A stretch of 64,000 nucleotides of DNA from Candidatus Cloacimonadales bacterium (GTDB lineage Bacteria; Cloacimonadota; Cloacimonadia; Cloacimonadales; JAFGVF01), in the NCBI GenBank assembly GCA_963663475.2, contig CAXXJV010000001.1, positions 32,001-96,000 of the forward strand. The letters are read 5' to 3'. Of this stretch, positions 60,601 to 64,000 are shown piece after piece; the stretch's first letter is position 1, and each line of letters begins with the position of its first letter. The notes beneath the pieces were generated by a model. That model was not told the origin of the DNA. It made no database searches and worked only from the letters and a program-made list of their open reading frames with translations. A program made the translations under genes and the position numbers.

Positions 60601-61445
60601 ATAGGTAATCCAGCAGGTCTATTATATTGACCAGGAGAAACTTGACAACTAGCCCTATTGGGATGGGAATCCCAATCATAGGAGTGAAGTTGTACAGAAA
60701 GTTCTCTTCTATCAAAATCACTTCTGATTTTATCACAAGCTTTTGCATAAAAATAATTAAATGGGTGGTCATGATTACGTGAAGGATCACTTAGTGATTT
60801 ATTATTGGAATAAGATCCCCACTCACTCCACATTACTTCTCTCCCACTCCCGTTTATCATTAAGTATTGGGCATTTAATTCTTGAAAACTTTGCACAGAC
60901 AAATAAGGAGTAACAAAATCATCGTTAGGATGAGGAGCTGTAACTAAGATAGGATTAGGAGAAGTTGTTCGATATATATAAATACCCCAGCCAAAATCAA
61001 AAGAACCAATTTCATCATCAAATGATGCACTAGTCCCATTATCATCTGTATAAGTAAGATTAAGATTCTCTCTTAACATATAATATATATCATCTCCATC
61101 AGTAAATTTAACAACTGAGTAGGGGATATTGTTTTGAACTAATAAATTATGAGCATTGTTATACTCTTCATTGAAAAAGTAATCTACTGCTTCTTCCCAA
61201 ATATCACTTTGACTTTCACTAGGCAAAGTAAACTGTCCAAATCCATCAGTCTGCCTGTCATAAGGTGCATACATATTGTAGCCTTCCTCTGCTATTCCTT
61301 CTACAATATGTGAAACCCATTTACTATATGCAGAATTTTCTTCTACAGCTAATAAAAAATCATTTAAACTACCAGATTCTTCAATTATGGCATTAGCCTT
61401 AATAAAAAATAGTAAAACAAAAATTAAAAATACCACTCTTTTCAT
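57615..61445 (-). CDS. Large secreted protein: putative N-terminal metallohydrolase-like domain, FN3 repeats, FlgD/T9SS-type CTD
   Basis: Signal peptide from MKRVVF (ATG 61445); TAPHPNDD...SDPSR...VQLHSYD; FN3 motifs; SPNPI...IYNLKGQKV...SSGVYFLK. Confidence 0.75.
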   Translation of the reverse strand: MKRVVFLIFVLLFFIKANAIIEESGSLNDFLLAVEENSAYSKWVSHIVEGIAEEGYNMYAPYDRQTDGFGQFTLPSESQSDIWEEAVDYFFNEEYNNAHNLLVQNNIPYSVVKFTDGDDIYYMLRENLNLTYTDDNGTSASFDDEIGSFDFGWGIYIYRTTSPNPILVTAPHPNDDFVTPYLSVQSFQELNAQYLMINGSGREVMWSEWGSYSNNKSLSDPSRNHDHPFNYFYAKACDKIRSDFDRRELSVQLHSYDWDSHPNRASCQVSPGQYNRPAGLPIRDFSPLQQDLIQYTDYIVVPQASIGNNEQVVVSDYYSVHNYFYPTIYQDTLEISSQVDLPGYPNSFHDQYSTSNFSEWDVFSPFFHVEFDELPNCYSQNEESFKEFYGFNSYNNSWNMLQRYTKLASYYQPFLTALTSSVADWIEFDDGLIPEAPTNLRRYYGGGGNSIAWDLAPAYDFYSYEILYSVDPISENNYSIVNREQVERLAYPMTDNASLPDLEINQTYYMAMRTRDYNGNVSELSEEIIYNTLPIITSEFDFFASDSNISFDWSMNQQQNCLGFEVYRKEGDSDFALYSSYENNSDLQITSPYTQFFSFTDTNVEITNIYAYKVHVVNTAGTSGQISQIMHASLASYINLASTGNSWDESITFGKSYYATDSYDDVYDQMNESTEDYLAINADNQKLTRNIIGDFDPISEVRYMDLIINNPPENLTFSLDAPRLSERFYLEYAGNLYSLTDQEPLISFPEPGNYELKLIWGNLQAQVSFPNLTSAISYQGNEIDLNWDLDYPQLVNDIDLYFTNGRDSIFVASNLPATTTSFNYLNDNSEDYRMMNLMVRVNASDGQIIDYKSYSRFVLISEIQELNLSSQSANYLFSYPFIDDLDLALYQENLQAYSFFDEEFTNCSLLSHNNAYLINVSNDQNIPISSLPYLESSQYQLNQGWNHISNPHPLDYAVKDFLFEVNGLMKSYKTLVNSQMILPAIIGVRDGAYTRIDTLRAFESAFLCQVSNSLINIRFDPVNLNENFTYEPAQVFFTLQLKTLNGAKDEVTIGLQNNLTPVIDFYYDVMKAPLRPSYGLTEAYIVSQPPLSNYYPKMHQKMLDPSREDTYQWDLAFTNTLDQAVQIRIKESNNPDNYPLDLIMGNNQIRLTNVFQTIPETDESGNYEAQLTITTITDNENNDVVPVRNIQVSPNPISKIANIYIPNTKNTSYSLTIYNLKGQKVKDFHVQDCKEENTNLKWNLTNNQGQRVSSGVYFLKYKDEKSQKIRKICVMK

Positions 61446-61520
61446 TATCTCTCCCACTCTGTCTTTTTACGAGTTATGTTAAGTTTACTTATTGTTTAAA
61501 TGCCTATTCTTCAGTATGAT

Positions 61521-61715
61521 TAACCAGAATAGTGCAGTAGAACTTTGATAATACTTCGCTAAAGCTAGGTATCACAGGTGAAGAGTGCTAGATTCTTTTA
61601 GTAAAATAAGTTACAGAATTTGAAGGCATATAATATATATTCCTGAAAAGTATGTAGCTTACTTTTGCAAAAGAGATTCCGCTATCCGCAAAGCCTTACT
61701 GCATTATTTGAGTTA
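61521..61715. mobile_element. Foldback MITE-like element copy
   Basis: TAACCAGAATAGTGCAGTAG...TTACTGCATTATTTGAGTTA; core similar to the 27773 copy. Confidence 0.7.
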
Positions 61716-62052
61716 AATCATTGCTCTATAACATATTATTTCATAAATAAAAATTTGGTCAAGGATAAAGTTTTTTCTTTTTGCTCCACTATTTAGGATA
61801 ATTTAAGTATCTTAGTTTGATTATCCAAAGTATCCCTGAAAGGGATATAAGACCTATCCCTTGAGGATTATTTCTTATTCTGCTAAAATAATACTATCGA
61901 TAGTAACTTATAATCAGTAAACTACTGTAATACAATATCTAGTGCAAAATAATGCAACATAATTTCCACCAGACTTGAACTTGAGCCAAAAAAGATGAAA
62001 AAAAAATGAAGATTATTCTCATTTTGCCATTTTTTCAGTAATCTTCCATATT

Positions 62053-62111
62053 CCTTCCTTTACGGTCTTTCGATGAAAACCCCACTTTCATCGAAAGACC
62101 GTAAAGGAAGG
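62053..62111. repeat. Perfect 26-bp inverted repeat with 7-nt loop (copy 2)
   Basis: CCTTCCTTTACGGTCTTTCGATGAAA-ACCCCAC-TTTCATCGAAAGACCGTAAAGGAAGG. Confidence 0.9.
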
Positions 62112-62132
62112 GTAGAGGATGACCTAGGCTTA

Positions 62133-62266
62133 TTAACCCAAGTAGGCAGTAGGATTTTAGGTAAAAAATGGCGTTTTTTCACGCAAAATAGGTGACATAA
62201 TTTTGACGCATGTATTTTATATTATATATTCGGAGAAATTAGGGATCTTACTTTTGCAGAAGAATA
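62133..62266. mobile_element. Degenerate/truncated foldback MITE-like copy
   Basis: TAACCCAAGTAGGCAGTAGG start and TTTTGACGCAT...TATATTCGGAGAAATTA...CTTACTTTTGCAGAAGAATA core; right end missing. Confidence 0.6.
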
Positions 62267-62423
62267 AGGAGGTCAAGCTGTCCATATTGTGGATAATGTG
62301 GATATTAAGGATGAGTAGTAGTTAATCATGGATGAAATTTAGGTATAAGTAATAGTGTACATAGAGAAGAGAAAGTGATAGTAACTCACCGCTTCTGTGA
62401 CTAATTATTTCTTTTCTTTCTTC

Positions 62424-62558
62424 CCAGCCCATCTTTACGCAGATGACAAGTGGTTACGGTATTGTATCGCGGGATTCCAGCCCGCGTTTACGCAGATAAT
62501 AAAGCGGTTACGGATTGGGTCGTGGGATTCCAGCCCGCGTTTACGCAGATAATAAAGT
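62424..62558 (-). repeat. ~2.5 units of the 53-bp REP-like repeat, reverse orientation
   Basis: GGGATTCCAGCCCGCGTTTACGCAGATAATAAAG twice; reverse complement of the 23838 array unit. Confidence 0.9.
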
Positions 62559-63013
62559 ACTGTAGATGGCAGTTTAATCTGGTACAGTTTCCTAGATAAA
62601 AAATAGAAAAATCTAGAAGATAATATGAAAGGAGTCAATGTTTATCAAATCAATACAGGATTGCACTTCATTAGATACATCATTTCATTACCCATTGTGG
62701 CAAGCCTTTCAGGCTTTTACCATAGGCTGAGGTATTTATCCTCTTCTGGGATTTTATGGAATTTCTACTATTATTTAATTCACATCTTAGTGTAATTAGT
62801 GGAAGTAGGGATATTTTATCTCTTTTTTACACAAGCTGGTCATCTAGTCCATTGGACAGTTTTATAATGCCTATAAGAATTGCTAGCAAGGGTTGTATAT
62901 TCCTGATTAAGATAATTTCCGCTCCAGCTATGATATCCTCTAGCAGATCTTACTCTGTATGGGTTGTACCCAAATGCACTATTCGGGTTAAAATGTTGTG
63001 GTGAATAAGCTGT

Positions 63014-63136
63014 GTAACCACTTGTAATCTGCGTAAACGCGGGCTGGAATCCCGCGACCCAATCCGTAACCACTTGTAATCTGCGTAAACGCGGGCTGGA
63101 ATCCCGCGATCCAATCCCGTAACCACTTGTAATCTG
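63014..63136 (+). repeat. ~2.3 units of the 52/53-bp REP-like repeat, forward orientation
   Basis: CTGCGTAAACGCGGGCTGGAATCCCGCGA at 63029 and 63081 with linker GTAACCACTTGTAAT. Confidence 0.9.
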
Positions 63137-63204
63137 GTCTTATCTCCCTTACCTACAGTTGAGGAACTCTGGTCTTATCTGGTCTACTTGAGAGAGAGTC
63201 AAAC

Positions 63205-63236
63205 AAAAAAGCCCTCTTAAAAAAGAGGACCTTTTT
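63205..63236 (-). terminator. Probable terminator after the OmpA-domain gene
   Basis: A6-GC-CCTCTT-AAAA-AAGAGG hairpin just past the stop at 63254. Confidence 0.5.
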
Positions 63237-63253
63237 ATCTAAGTAATTGTAAT

Positions 63254-64000
63254 TTATTCTTCTAAAGGATTGATTTCAATAAATGAAGTTTTAGCTTCAA
63301 TACCAGGAATAAACCAGCCATCAAGGAGGTCTTTAACTGATTGTGTGAAAGAATCATTAACAAGCTCTTCTTGGAAGTCGATACCTGTAACATAAGCTCT
63401 ATTAGATCTATTTTCTAATTGAACCATCATTTTACTTTCAATTCCATATTCATTAGCCATTCTTTTAATTTTACTGCTTATGATATTTAATTCAGAATCA
63501 TTAAAGAAAGGAACATATTCTTGTATCTCAGTTTCTGCAACTTCTGCTTCAACAACATCTACTTCCTCAACCTCTTCAGTTTCTTGAATTTCAACTTCTT
63601 GAACCTCTTCTGTAGCTTCTGTTTCTTGAATTTCAACTTCTTGAACCTCTTCTACAGTTTCTGTTTCTTGAACTTCTTCAGTTTCTTGAACTTCTTCAGT
63701 TTCTTCTACTACAAGCTCTTCAACTTCATCTGCTTGAATTTCTTCTATCTCAAGATGACTTTCCTTTGTTTCTACAGGAGTTTGAGAAACAAGGAGTTGT
63801 TTATTGTTTCTAGAAACTTCAAATTCAACTCTTCTATTGAGCTGTCTATTTTCTTCACTATCATTTGCAACCTTAGGATTCTCTTGTCCCTCACCGCGAT
63901 AATTGAGAATTTCTGGATCAATATCATTATCGATTAAATATTGATAAACAGATTTTGCTCTTCTTTCAGATAGATCTTTATTATAGCTTGCAGAACCAAC
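63254..64000 (-). CDS. OmpA-family peptidoglycan-binding domain protein, 3' part (runs off the window)
   Basis: Frame open to 64000; reads GSASYNKDLSERRAKSVYQYL...GEGQENP...NDSEENRQLNRRVEF, then an E/V/T-rich repeat linker and an ~85-aa terminal domain. Confidence 0.85.
   Translation of the reverse strand, partial: VGSASYNKDLSERRAKSVYQYLIDNDIDPEILNYRGEGQENPKVANDSEENRQLNRRVEFEVSRNNKQLLVSQTPVETKESHLEIEEIQADEVEELVVEETEEVQETEEVQETETVEEVQEVEIQETEATEEVQEVEIQETEEVEEVDVVEAEVAETEIQEYVPFFNDSELNIISSKIKRMANEYGIESKMMVQLENRSNRAYVTGIDFQEELVNDSFTQSVKDLLDGWFIPGIEAKTSFIEINPLEE

Noticed and set aside
61831-61847. TATCCCT-GAA-AGGGATA palindrome (similar AGCCTTTCAGGCT at 62703)
   Set aside because: Possibly another REP-like module, but too short and too few copies here to support a call
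62435-63004. ORFs 62435-62638 and 62756-63004
   Set aside because: Partly repeat-derived or antisense to the fragment discussed; no RBS or motifs

Overview
Low-GC bacterial chromosome segment. The likely source is Candidatus Cloacimonadota or a related FCB-group anaerobe; this is inferred from four secreted proteins ending in 'YPNP...IYN..GQ.V...SG.Y' FlgD/T9SS-type C-terminal domains plus PFOR and amino-acid fermentation genes. Housekeeping blocks: putative arginine synthetase arcE with arcC; cmk-plsC-ispH-rpsA; tilS-hpt-ftsH-hslVU; pyrR-pyrF-dCMP deaminase-TolC-MFP; acyl-CoA dehydrogenase; folC; nifJ; cls. An accessory island at about 15.5-28 kb has cargo genes separated by mosaics of GC-rich REP-like palindromic modules in shuffled order. 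The cargo is a TPR sigma54 activator (with a matching -24/-12 promoter in front of the neighbouring LamG gene), a broken toxin-like fragment plus an immunity-like gene, a methyltransferase plus PLD-SF2 helicase (candidate defence pair), a complete IS3-family element with a -1 frameshift site, and two orphan genes. Other non-coding structure includes a 10-unit 53-bp REP-like tandem array (not CRISPR), inverted copies of that unit enclosing ~455 bp near 62.4-63.1 kb, a dispersed ~165-195-bp foldback MITE-like family, and a twice-occurring perfect 26-bp hairpin with a compensatory base change. The ORF track missed a 54-aa basic Zn-ribbon gene, a 29-aa coupled leader ORF, and most of an OmpA-domain gene at the right edge. 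No rRNA, tRNA, cas genes, reverse transcriptase or RAYT transposase were recognised. All family assignments come from motif recognition by eye, not database searches.
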